Below, piece after piece: positions 45,352-56,703 of a stretch of 64,000 nt of DNA (within the stretch, counting starts at the first letter, position 1; each line of letters begins with the position of its first letter). Below the pieces are notes generated by a model. It searched no databases, was not told the origin of the DNA, and saw only the letters and a list, made by a program, of their open reading frames with translations. This DNA is from Methanomassiliicoccaceae archaeon. GTDB lineage: Archaea; Thermoplasmatota; Thermoplasmata; Methanomassiliicoccales; Methanomassiliicoccaceae. The stretch is taken from NCBI GenBank assembly GCA_963728405.1, contig CAVSJV010000018.1, forward strand, positions 1 to 64,000, read 5' to 3'. The translations under genes and the position numbers were made by a program.

Positions 45352-46810
45352 TCAATCCCCTTTCTTCAGGATCTTGACCAGGATCCCCCGGTCCTCCTGG
45401 TTGATCCCCTGGACCAGGAACAGCAGGCCGAAGTAGGCCGCCGCGCCGATGCCCAGGGCGAGGAACAGGTCGACCCCCGGCAGGAGCAGGAGGACGAAAC
45501 CCATGCCCACGGCGGCCAGGGAGGGTCGGAACACGATATCGATGAGGTTCACCTTGAACACTGTGGCGGGTCAGGTAGTAAAAGGTGGTGGCCACCAGTG
45601 CCAGGTACCCCAGGGTAAAGGCCAGGGCCGCCCCCTCCTCGTGAAAGAAGGGGATCAGGGCGAAGCACAGGAGCACGTTGGCGATGGCCCCCATCACATT
45701 GGCCGCGGTCATGTAGCGCACCAGCTTGGCCGAGGCCAGTACGGTGGCCATGCCGGAGTCGAAGAAGCTGATGGCCACTGCCGGCATGAGGATGCAGAAG
45801 ACCGGCACGGCCGGGGCGTACTCGGCCCCGTAGAAGAACAGGATGATCTTCTCCGAAAGGATGATCCCTCCCACCGCAATGGGCAGGCCCAGGGCGAACA
45901 TGTACTTCATCACCTTCTGCTGGGTGAGCTGGGTCATCTCCACCGAGTTGCGGTACATGCGGGAGATCACCGGGAGCAGGGTGACGATCAGGGCGGTCGG
46001 CAGGGCGACCAAGGCAACGACCATGTTGAACGGAAGATTGTACATGGCCGTGGCGTTCAGCGCGACCGTCACCCCCGCCCCCATGGCGACGAGAAGGGCC
46101 TGCACCAGCACGGCGTTGACCGAGTACAGCGAATTGATGCCCAGATCGGAGATGGCATAGGGCAACGCCCCCCTGAGCTGATGGGCGGCATCGGCCAGAT
46201 TGAATCTGGGCGATGGCCTGGCGATGGAACGGGAACAGACCAGATAGGCCAGGGCGAACTGCAGGATGGCCCCCGCCAACACCACCAGGACCACTGCGTC
46301 AAGGCCGAAACCGAGGACCAGCAGTAGGATGGCCAAGGAGATGGTGAAGGTCCGCTCGGCGATGGAGGTCCACAGGACGAGGTGCATCTGTTCGTAGGCG
46401 GTGTACATGGCGGTAAAGGTCTTGTACAGCCAGTTGAAGGCGGTGGCCAGGGCGATGATAAGGATGGCAAAGATGACGTCCGCGGGCAGGTTCTCCAGCA
46501 CGGCCACCAGCACGGTGACGATCAGGGCCACTCCTCCCAGGATGGCCCTCAGCAGCAGCGTACTGGTGAGGTACCGGGGAGCCAGGTCCTTGTTGGGGGT
46601 GACCTCCACCACCAGCTGGAACCCCAGATTGAAATCGGCGATGAAGAAGACCAGGGTGGACAGGGAGAAGGCCAGCGTATAGGTCCCGTAGTTCTCGCTC
46701 CCCAGATAACGAGCAAGGAAAATGGACAGGACGAAGGTGGAGATGAGCGTGACCAGCTGGACCAGCCCCATGGTCAACGCGTTCTTGGCTACGTGGCGGA
46801 CCAGCCCCAT
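45352..46810 (-). CDS. Wzx-type flippase, frameshift near 45565
   Basis: LARYLGSENYG...; many TM helices; C-terminus in 45352..45561. Confidence 0.88.
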
Positions 46811-47448
46811 CGGTTACCCCTGAACCTTGGACCCGAGGCCGGGCTCTTCCGCCTCGGACTGATGAACGCTCTCGACCAGCGACCCCTTCCCGAGGCCCCC
46901 AGGCGACGGCCGGAGGTGGTGCCCCCCACCATTTGGAGTTCTGTGACCGGCCCGATCAAAGTACGCGCCCACGCCGAGGAGGTCGGTGGTGAGCCCGCAT
47001 CGCCTCCCGGGGGTCCAGATGGGGCTCGGGTCAGAGGCGCTCGGATCAAGTAGGAACGCCATGCATCGATGTTGTATCATAAGCCCCCCATCCTCGGGGT
47101 GAATCAATTATACCGTTGAGCATATGAAATTATCGTAGATCGTAGCCACATAATCCTCTTTTGCGGGGCAATGTAATCCACTAGCACACGGAGTTTACCC
47201 GGCGGTCGTTCTCCTTCCCTTTCTTCGATAAGGCCACCAGGCCCGCCGTCGATCTACTCGGCAAGCATTAAAATCGGGCGCTTTAACGCTGCGTCGGTCC
47301 TCAACGGGGCGGGGACCAGCGTTTGAGTTCGTGTCGACCATTAACGCCTTCACCAAAAGGAACAAGCTAGGAACGAAGCTCGGCACAGCGCGGTATGTTG
47401 AAGAATATGCGCCGAACGAAGGAGGCGACCCCGATCAAAATAAAGGGA

Positions 47449-47775
47449 TTAGTGAAGGAGACTAGCCTCGGCAAGTTTCTGCAACTCATCTGGGAGGAAG
47501 TAGCGGCCGACCTCGATCTTGGAGTGGGACCCGCCGACGCTCTCGATCCGGAGCGCATTCTTGGCCGTGGCCGGGGTGAATATCGTCCTCTCAGCGATCC
47601 CGGTTCTCATGGAGGTCCCGGTGGAGAAGGAAGCGGTCCCCCCGCAGCCCGAGCATTGGAAAAAATAGCGGTCCGAGTCCATCCGCTTCTCCCTGGCCAC
47701 CTCCCAGCGCGGTCCGGCCTTGTGGCAGAATGGGCAGACTGGCAGCTGCTTGTCGATCCACTTACGTTTGTACAC
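47449..47775 (-). CDS. Zinc-ribbon hypothetical protein
   Basis: CPFC...CSGC. Confidence 0.65.
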   Translation of the reverse strand: MYKRKWIDKQLPVCPFCHKAGPRWEVAREKRMDSDRYFFQCSGCGGTASFSTGTSMRTGIAERTIFTPATAKNALRIESVGGSHSKIEVGRYFLPDELQKLAEASLLH

Positions 47776-48250
47776 TCCCGGTCGGGCGGTCGAAAACCAG
47801 CTCTTTCACCTTGCTTCCTCGTGCGGTCCTATTGCCACAGGGGCGTATTATAATGTCTCGAAGGGTCGAGGCCACCCTCAAGCCCGCGCTGTCGTCAGGA
47901 GGTTGTGGGACATCGTCCCGGTCCTGAATGAATAAAACGGCCTGGAGATATAATGCTCTGTGGCCGTGCCCGGTTCGTATCGGGGAACGGCCCCGAGGCG
48001 TTGAGCCCCTGACCGAGGAGGGGCTGGGGGAAGGAGTTGCACCTTCGAACATGGACTTGCGGTCCACTCCATTGATGCTCTGGCACCCCAGCATGGTCCC
48101 GGGCCGATGCGATCATCGAGAAGACCACCTCGCCGACCCTTCTCCAACCCATACTAGGGAACACCGGACTAATTATCCTTTCCACAGTTGAAAGTAAAGG
48201 TCATTCGCGGGAGCATGGGGCTCATCGATCTGGGGTCCGCGGATGGGCTT

Positions 48251-48508
48251 TTACTTCGGCCCGATGAACGCGCTGGACCCACTCGCCGGGGGTCTCCACC
48301 GGACCAGGAGGTAAATGAACATCGATAGGAAGCTCACCCCGAAGGCTAGGAACGCCAGCTCTAGGATCGAGATATAGGGGTACCGATCGATGAACGGTTC
48401 ATAAACATCGACGCCGTTGAGCACGATCCTTAGGACGATATAGATCCATACCAGCAGGCTATAGAGCCAGGTCGTTAGGACCAATGCCCGAAGAGCGTGA
48501 GAGGCCAT
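48251..48508 (-). CDS. Small 2-TM membrane protein
   Basis: Two hydrophobic helices. Confidence 0.65.
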   Translation of the reverse strand: MASHALRALVLTTWLYSLLVWIYIVLRIVLNGVDVYEPFIDRYPYISILELAFLAFGVSFLSMFIYLLVRWRPPASGSSAFIGPK

Positions 48509-48895
48509 GTCATAATCATGTGAGGGCCATCGATATATCATTAAGGGATGCTGCCAAAACGCTCATCGGAGCGAGGCAATGACGATGGGGCGGCGAACGA
48601 TCGCATGGGGCCTGATAGTTTCACCGAACCCCTGCGGCCGGCTTCCGATTGTGACCTTTTGTGACCTTCGGTGAAGCCCTCATGAACAAGAAACCCTCAG
48701 ATATCGGCCGGGGGCCCCCTAGTGCGCCACCCGATCATCTGAGAGCTCGGGGGGCAGCCCGTGATCCTCATGGCCGTCGCCCCTCTCGCCCGTCTGGGTA
48801 GAAGGAAAGGGTGAGGATAACAAATTCTAACTCTATGATCCACGGCTGAATGGTTTCCCTAAGTATCGTTCTCGGGCGGTGCCGATGAAAGACCT

Positions 48896-49078
48896 CTACG
48901 GGTACACGATAATGTTCCCTCTATGATCGATAAAACCGGCCTCAATCAGCTCAATTGCGGTCTGGCCATAGTCGCCCGGGAGCTTCCACACCTCCCCACT
49001 TTTTATTAGCTCAGCGAACAGCTCCACGACCTCCTGGTCGCTCATTTCACCACATTCCAACTTTCCTTTCTTGGTCAT
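48896..49078 (-). CDS. Small hypothetical protein
   Basis: ELFAELIKSGEVWKLPGDYGQTAIELIEAG. Confidence 0.6.
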   Translation of the reverse strand: MTKKGKLECGEMSDQEVVELFAELIKSGEVWKLPGDYGQTAIELIEAGFIDHRGNIIVYP

Positions 49079-49299
49079 ATGGCTCAAGAGAGGCATATTG
49101 TAGGAAAATATGCGAGCAAGTTGCTTATTAAACATATGAGCTCGAGGCAACCCCTTCTTACAATTGTAAAGCGAGGTCTCCGATCTCGCCGAGCGCTCGG
49201 GAGGCGATGGGTCGGGCCAGCGCGCAGCGGGGCCTCCAACCGGAAGATGATGTAAATTGTTACGCCGCTCGATCACTTCTGAGCCGTACGATCGGCTCG

Positions 49300-50226
49300 C
49301 TAGGGATTCAAACCGGCCTCGGCAAGTCTGGCCAGCACGGACAGACCGAGCTGACCGTTCTTCTTTGCATAATTGGTAGAGACCTTGTCCACCGTGTCGT
49401 CGGGGGTGTGGCCAGGCCCATGGGTTTCTGCATGCGTCATCACCGCCGTGTATCCCTGACCCCAGAAGGCGCTGTGATCGCTCTCACATCCGTGAACGTT
49501 GTAGGTCAAGGTGAGCCCGATGTTGTATAGGCGGTTGTGCTGAGCCATCATGTCGGAAACCCATTGTGATTGATCGTTGAACATGATGTCGAGGATAGAT
49601 CGACCGTCTGGATCGTAGCACGATGAGTCGAAGTTCATGTACAGGGCTATGTTCAGGTGGTTGGCCACTGCATCCTGTACATAGGCGGAGCTTCCGGAAG
49701 CGTTGGCGCCTTCCTCCTCGGCGTTCCACAGTGCGAACCTCACGGTGTGGTCAAAGGTGTATTGGCTCATGATCCTCGCGAGTTCCACGACAATGGCGAC
49801 CCCTCCGCCGTTGTCGGTAGCTCCCGGTGCATCGCTTCGGTCCCCGCCGCCGCTTGTGCTGTCATAATGCGCCCCCACCATGAAAATATCGGAGGACGTC
49901 GCGTCCCGTCCTGGAAGGGTCGCTATCACATTTCTGAATGCTCCACCTTGGTACTCAACAGTCAGTCCGGTAATGTTGCTCAGCTTGTCGTACAGGTACG
50001 TCGAGGCGTCGCTGTTCCCCGGGGAGCCGTAGTAGCGTGTGGTGAAGTTCTGGAGCGAATAGACCGTACTATAGATCTCGTTCTCATCGATCCGTTGGAT
50101 CATGTCGGCGATGAGGTGATCCTGGGAGGGTGGCTCTGATGGTGCCTTAATAGATCCACTCAATCCAACACTGAGAAGTATGATGGTGATCCCTACGATG
50201 AGTAGGATGAGAAGTTGTTTTTTCAT
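49300..50226 (-). CDS. M28 family secreted peptidase
   Basis: GAHYDS, GATDNGGG, AEEEG, SDH. Confidence 0.92.
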   Translation of the reverse strand: MKKQLLILLIVGITIILLSVGLSGSIKAPSEPPSQDHLIADMIQRIDENEIYSTVYSLQNFTTRYYGSPGNSDASTYLYDKLSNITGLTVEYQGGAFRNVIATLPGRDATSSDIFMVGAHYDSTSGGGDRSDAPGATDNGGGVAIVVELARIMSQYTFDHTVRFALWNAEEEGANASGSSAYVQDAVANHLNIALYMNFDSSCYDPDGRSILDIMFNDQSQWVSDMMAQHNRLYNIGLTLTYNVHGCESDHSAFWGQGYTAVMTHAETHGPGHTPDDTVDKVSTNYAKKNGQLGLSVLARLAEAGLNP

Positions 50227-50861
50227 GGCCCCCGTTCTCTATCTATGTTTCATTCTACTTACCATTTTTCCTTTTTCGGTCCAAAAAGACAATCAACCCG
50301 ATCGTAGCCAGGTAATGGGCCGCGGTTATCGGAGGACGGGCGCGGTCATTGCCATTCCAGTCGGCCTGGAGCCTCGCGAAATGCCCTGGTCAGGGCAACG
50401 TTAACCGCTTCCTCGACCGCGACACGTGGCTCGGGCAAAATGGTCGATAATGAGCGATCGGCGGCAGCTAAAGCCATTACTATCGCTTTTAGCTCGATAG
50501 CGAACGCACCATTTCGCCATTTCGATAGAGGTCTAGGCGTTGGCCTGAGCGTTCAGTCGAGCCGTCTCCTTGGTTCTTTTCAAACAACTTTTGAGCATCG
50601 ACAGCGCCCCCTCACGAGACTCATGCCTGAGGTTTATGTAGAATGCGAAATCCTTTGACTGGTTCCCACACCTTTCCTTGTCGCCCAGACCATCATCGAT
50701 GTATGGCGCCCTTTAGCACCCCGACAGCATCTGGTCCGAGAACCATTTTGCATCGATACCAAGTTCCTCGAAGTTCGGTATCTTCCTCAGATCCTTGTTT
50801 AGCTGATCGATCAATACCCGGCCGGAAAGGAATTAATACATGTGGGTAACCCTATTTTCTG

Positions 50862-51251
50862 ATGCAAACAATATCGATGCAGAAACATCCTGACCAAGAG
50901 CTGATCGAAAGCTTGAGCAAGCAGTTGAGGACCATCCTGGACGAATCCGCTCAAGCAATGGTCATCTATCTTGATGATAGCCACAAGGTCTGCAATCAAA
51001 AATTTGCCGATATGCTCGGATACCGTTCCCCCGAGGATTGGGCCATCATGCCGACCCCGGTCACCGACAGCACCGAGGACACCAGGGACGCGCTCATTAC
51101 CGCCGTCATGTACGCTCTGCAGAAGAAGGCCTCCTCGGCCGTCCGGGTCGCTTGGAAGACGAAGTACGATGGTGAGGTCAACACGACCTGTGTCTCGGTG
51201 CCCGGTGCCTTTCAAGGACAGACGTACGCGATGCTGTTCTTTGAGACCTGA
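50862..51251 (+). CDS. Stand-alone PAS-domain protein
   Basis: ILDESAQAMVIY...CNQKFADMLGY. Confidence 0.75.
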   Translation: MQTISMQKHPDQELIESLSKQLRTILDESAQAMVIYLDDSHKVCNQKFADMLGYRSPEDWAIMPTPVTDSTEDTRDALITAVMYALQKKASSAVRVAWKTKYDGEVNTTCVSVPGAFQGQTYAMLFFET

Positions 51252-51351
51252 TTGGTTGCTCCATCGTAGTGGGACCCATGCGACCTTCATAAGGCCATAC
51301 CAGGCGGTGGTATGAATTCAATCTTTTTCTCATGAAAAGAGATGCTCGGAG

Positions 51352-51561
51352 ATGGGAGAGATTACGATCCATTTGGCCGAAGGAAAGCAGTTCACGTGTC
51401 CGGTGTGCGGGTTCACCGTGGCTACGCCGAAGGGAGAAGAGGACCTAATGAAGCATGTGCAGATGCACAAGCAGGACTTCCATGGCGACATGGAGATGAC
51501 GCCGGAGCAGGTGGCGAGCCGGGTAAAGACCGTCAACATGCAGGAACCGATGAGGATGTGA
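51352..51561 (+). CDS. Small metal-binding protein (DUF1059-like)
   Basis: CPVCG...H-x3-H. Confidence 0.75.
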   Translation: MGEITIHLAEGKQFTCPVCGFTVATPKGEEDLMKHVQMHKQDFHGDMEMTPEQVASRVKTVNMQEPMRM

Positions 51562-51637
51562 GCCCCGGTCCTTTATTATTCAAAAACAGAAGATCCCGAT
51601 CTTCCCGTTGAAATAAGGCCACCGGGACCGCGTCCGG

Positions 51638-52679
51638 TCAACGTTGGAAATTCTCAGCCCCAATAACGGGCTTGGCTTGCATCGTTGTCCCGCGGGGCTC
51701 GCCGCTGCCACTACGAACGACCGTCATCGGCTGCAGCCAGGCATGTTTCCTGGTGGCCGAGTTCACCAGCTCTGCCCGCACATATCGCTCATTCCCCGTG
51801 AACTTGTACGTCGCGGTCGAACCCCTGGTCGTCTGCAGCACTCGGCCCTGATGGCCGCGGAACATGATCTTGTCCGTGCCGTTGGTCCGCAGCCAGATGG
51901 CATGATCGTTCACCTGGATCTCCGCCACCGTCGGCCCCTGCGTAGAGTAGAACGACCCGTTCCGCAGCGCCGCCAGCACCTTTTTGGTGGTCGGCTCCCC
52001 AGGAAACCGGACCATGACCCATCCCTTGTCGAACTCGTCCAGATTGTGCGCGTCGTCGACCGCGAACCCCCACACGATCCTCCCAGAGCTCAGCACCTCA
52101 TCCCATTTTCTCGCCGCGCACTCCTCATGGTGGCAGTTGTAGATCTCGATGCCCACATTGTTGCGCAGGGAACGTAGCACCGGGGTCGACCACGCCCCGC
52201 CGGTGTCGGGGTGGGACAGGAACACCAGCCCCCCTCGCGAGGCCATGCTGCTGATCCGCCGCTGGGCCGAGGCCCCCGGGCTCGGATAACCGTTGACATT
52301 AAGGCCCACCATGTGCCCCTTCCCGGAGCTCTCAGTGTTACCCCTGCCGAACTCCTGGCCGATGACCAGTATGCTCGTCGACGACGCTCTGGTCACCAGG
52401 TTGTGATCGGCCAGGGCCACGAACTCGTAACCCCGCCGCGCGTACAGCGCCAGCACCTCTTCTACCGACAGGTCCCCGTCTGATTCGGTGGTATGGCAGT
52501 GCAACTGCCCCTTGTGCCACTGCCCCTTGGAGGCGTATGGGTTGGATAGCTCGAACGTCGTCCCGGTCGTACTTGCCCCGTAGCAGTTCATTGCCAAAAG
52601 ACTTGTCCTTGGGAACAGGCAAAAACCCGTGGTCCGTCACTGCCGTCGTCACAGTAAGTTCTCCCTCCGCCTGGGCCAT
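51638..52679 (-). CDS. PHP-domain metallohydrolase (CehA/McbA-like)
   Basis: KGQLHCHT, ADHN, HP, DDAH; N-terminus probably in another frame. Confidence 0.85.
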
Positions 52680-53167
52680 TGACCTTTTATCGGTCTTAGG
52701 ACCGCAAATTAAATCTCATCCAGATTATCATTATCAAAAGATATAATCACATTTAAAAACATTTGGACAGATATCCCAGTATGCAATCATCTTTGCCATG
52801 GCCACCTGCTCCCCCTCCTCTAGATGTTCGTGCCCATGACGTCCTGGTCCTCTCCCGTATCAATGGCGTGGAGACCTGTGTCTACCGAGGCGTGCAGTTC
52901 CGGCTCGATGGCGATCTGGCCTACCTCTCCTCGCGCTTTTCCTCTCCCATTCCCCTGAACGAGTTCCTCGATGCCATCGACCTCACTTAGTCGAAAGGTG
53001 GTACTCTAGATATTCGGCTCTGGGAAGATGGTATGCACCGGCGGGAAGACGCCGCAGGATGTCGAGGCGGCGGTGGAGAAGGTCACCCAAGAACTACGCT
53101 CCGCCGGTCAGATGCGGTAAGGTCCTGCAGGTGCGATCATCGGCCAACATGATCTACCATCGCACGA

Positions 53168-55044
53168 TCAGCTTGATCTGCGGATGGGTATGGTGAAGTG
53201 GAAGGTGGCGCCCTTGCCGACCTCTGACTCGAACCAGATCGATCCGCCGTGCTGTTCCACGATGCGTCGGGAGATCGCCAGTCCCATGCCCGTTCCTTCG
53301 TACTCATCCTTAGTGTGCAACCGTTGGAACATCTGGAACAGGCGGTCCTTGTGCCTCGGGTCGATGCCGATGCCGTTGTCCTGGACGGCGAAGACCCAAT
53401 TCCTACCATCGCCGTGAGAGGAGATGTGGACATGCGGGGCCTTCTCACCACGATACTTGATAGCATTGCCGATGAGGTTCGTAAGCAGTAGCACCATCTG
53501 TGACCTGTCCGCCGTTATTGTGGGAAGGGGGCCGGCCGTTATCGAGGTGCCGGTCTCTTCGATGCTTACTTTCAGATCTTTCAGCACGGTGGCGAGGACC
53601 CCATCCATACTGACAGGGGCTAAGCTCTTGCCCGACGTCTCCACACGGGAGTAAACGAGGAGGTCATCGATCATCGCTGCCATCCTCTGCGCGCCATCGA
53701 CGGCGAAGTGCACGTACTCATTTGATTTGGGGTCTAGCTTGTCCTGGCTCCTCCTCTCCAGGAGCTGCAAATAGCTGGTCACCATACGTAACGGTTCCTT
53801 GAGGTCGTGCGAGGCGACGTAGGCGAACTGCTGGAGGTCGGCATTGGAGCGTTTGAGATCCTGTTCAGCCTCGATCTGTTCTGTGACATCAATGCTCATT
53901 CCAACCACTGCGGTGATGACCCCATCGGGCTTCCTGATGGGCGCGGCGTTGGTGCTGATGTACCCGCGGGTCCCATCTACTCTTTGTATGGAGCTAACAT
54001 CACTCCGGACGACCTCGCCCCGGGCGGCTCGAGCCATGGGGTAGTCCTCCGGGACATACGGGCGGCCGTCGGCGTGGAAGAGCCGGAATTGGACAAAGTC
54101 CTCCTCAGATATTGTGGTGGCAGGGGGCTGTCGGTACATCTTCCACAGCCCCTCGTTGGCGTAGAGGAACCGGCCGGATGGCACCTCGGCGATGACAACA
54201 CCAATGGGGGTGGTCTCCAGAACGGCCTGGAGGCGAGAACGCTCTTCCTCCACTTGGCATTCCGCCTTCTTCCTCTCTGTTGTTTCGATGAGGGAGAAGA
54301 CCAGCCCTTCGACCTTTCCCGATTCATTCTTGATGGGCTCCAGGACCCAATCCCAGTAAGTCACTCCTCGTTCTGGTTGGTCTGGAAAGGCAAAGGGTTT
54401 GTCGTGGAACTCGGCAGGCTCGCCCGTATCGCGTACGCACTTGAAGATGGCTTCGTTCTCCTCATGCGGATAGAGGGCGAAATGGTTCTTCCCGATCATA
54501 TCTTCTGGTTTGTATCCACAGGTCTTGGCGTACTGTCTCATTAACGCGAACAAAGTTGAACTCCTGGTCTAGGTAGACCAAGTGAGAGTTCTTTGCGCCG
54601 TTCATTACCGCCTTCAGGATGGCCTCGCTCTCCATGAGCGCCCTGGTGCGCTCATCCACTTTCTCTTCCAGCCCCTCCTTCGCTTCCTTCAGCAGCTCGT
54701 TCGTGCTTGCGATCCGTTTCTCGGTGCGCTTCCTCTGGATGGCCAGGAAGGCCATCAGCCATATGAGAAACAGGGCGATGGCCCGATTGTAGTAGCTGTT
54801 GTAGGCGACGCCGCCGGAGGGGGAGATCAGGTAGCCGAGGGGTACGAGGACGCTGGATACTATGGCGACAGCGTAGGTCATTCGCTCGCTCTTGGAGAGG
54901 AAGGTCAGACCCACCGGAATGGTGTACAGCACGCCGATCCCCAGCCCTACGGGGGTGAAGTGCATCGATGGCCAGGATCGCCGCGAACGAGGCTAGGCAG
55001 GCTGCTAGGACGAGCCTATCCCTTGTTTTATCTTCCGGCCGCAT
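53168..55044 (-). CDS. Membrane PAS sensor histidine kinase, frameshifted; paralog of 22344..24926
   Basis: 54652..55179, 54462..54965 and 53168..54553; ASHDLKEPL. Confidence 0.85.
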
Positions 55045-55760
55045 CGGCGGCCCAGTCGTTTTTCTCGTTCGTGCCCATTGGTTAGTTCCAGCCATCGTTA
55101 AACGTGATATGGCCCGTAATGCATTTGGAGAATGATATTTGAACCCCCTACCCCCGGTCGTCCAACAAGAACGAATCAATGATAATTATATCCGCCTTAA
55201 ATAAAGAAAGGTTCAGTCCTTTCCCCAGGTAATGTTTTGCTAATGTGGAGGAACCAGGTGGCCACCTTAGCATCCCAACTGATGCTTGGATCCTTGATCG
55301 GGATCGCTATCCGACCGCAATGCCATTGGCCAGGCATTTACCACGACAGAATGTATTCGTGATATCCTGCCCAGCCTCCAAGGAGAAAAAGAAAGACGGA
55401 CCTTTCTAGGAAGAGTTTGGCATGGGTTTAATTGGTTCTTGTATCGACTCCCCGATCAGGTTGTTTTCTCGTTGCAGCAAATAGGCGTTCAAGCCTGGTC
55501 CAGACCGTTCAAGGGAAGGAAAATCGCTCTCCCTTGGTGGCCCCATACTTGGACCGGCGGTCGAATCCCGGTCGTTCCCGCAGCTACTGCTGGTGAGGTG
55601 CAATTTAAAACGATGGCCGCTGCCCCATACAGAATTGATGATGAGAGGATCATACAAAGAACGCGAACTGGACCCCCCATGGGCCCCGGTCGTCCTGCCC
55701 GTTTTTGAACGGGAAGATGATTCCTCTGCCCTAAATAGGGCGGACGTTAGTTATTGGCTC

Positions 55761-56567
55761 ATGGAAACAATCTCTGCCGGTTTCGTATCCTCCAAGGACG
55801 GGACCACGATCGCTTTTGATCGGTCGGGCCAAGGGCCGGCCGTTATCCTGGTGCAGGGGGCGTTCCAGTATCGAGCGATCGACCCTAAAACGAAACGGTT
55901 GGCCGAACTCCTATCAAAGCGGTTCACCGTGTTCAATTACGATCGTCGTGGTCGAGGCGATAGCGAGGATACCATGCCCTATGTGGTCGAGCGTGAGATC
56001 GAGGACCTTGAGGCGCTCATCGGAGCGGCCGGAGGTGCGGCCCTGGTGTTCGGGATGTCCTCTGGCGCGGTCCTCGCCCTCCGGGCGGCAGCCCAAGGCC
56101 TCAAGATCAAGAAAGTGGCGCTGTATGAGCCACCGTTCAACACCGGCGACGACAACGCTCGAAGGGCCTCGGAGAACTATACGCGACAGCTGACCGCCCT
56201 GCTCAAGGAAGACCGCCGAGGCGATGCCGTCGCCTTGACCTTGACGACATGGGGGGTGCCTGCCGAGGCCATTAACGGAATGCGACATACGCCAGTATGG
56301 TCAAACCTCCTCTCGGTGGCGCCTACGCTCGCCTATGACGACGCCATCATGGGCGATGGTTCGGTGCCTTCGAAGCTGATGAAGGCCGTCGTCGTGCCGG
56401 TTCTTGCTATAGGTGGCGGAGCGAGCCCCCCGTTCATGCGCAATGCCATAAAAGCGGTTGCGGAGTGCCTTCCCAACTCAAGCAGTCGCACCCTGGAGGG
56501 GCAGGTCCACGATGTAGATCCTGAGGTTCTCGCCCCGGTGTTGGAGGAGTTCTTTTCGGGGCCATAG
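55761..56567 (+). CDS. Alpha/beta hydrolase
   Basis: YDRRGRGDS, GMSSG nucleophile elbow, C-terminal His. Confidence 0.9.
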   Translation: METISAGFVSSKDGTTIAFDRSGQGPAVILVQGAFQYRAIDPKTKRLAELLSKRFTVFNYDRRGRGDSEDTMPYVVEREIEDLEALIGAAGGAALVFGMSSGAVLALRAAAQGLKIKKVALYEPPFNTGDDNARRASENYTRQLTALLKEDRRGDAVALTLTTWGVPAEAINGMRHTPVWSNLLSVAPTLAYDDAIMGDGSVPSKLMKAVVVPVLAIGGGASPPFMRNAIKAVAECLPNSSSRTLEGQVHDVDPEVLAPVLEEFFSGP

Positions 56568-56703
56568 GGCGACCGATCTCTTGGTAGCCGCTTTTCCGCT
56601 GGATACGAGCTAAGATGATGTGAGAGCCCTTCGAATCATTTCTGAACATCGGCCCCATACGCTTTTATCCGCCCACAGAATTTTATCTGCTGTCCTGGAA
56701 AGT

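Noticed and set aside
44007-47053. Long antisense/alternative-frame ORFs over the GT2 and flippase genes (and similarly over HK genes)
   Set aside because: Explained by high GC3 codon bias of the real genes.
39682-48585. Shared GAGGCAATGACGA at ~39682 and ~48573 as fluoride riboswitches
   Set aside because: The rest of the crcB riboswitch consensus is absent; likely chance.
55551-55580. tRNA-like GGTCGAATCCCGGTCGTTCCC as another att site
   Set aside because: Short, degenerate, and lacks the shared arm or an integrase remnant.
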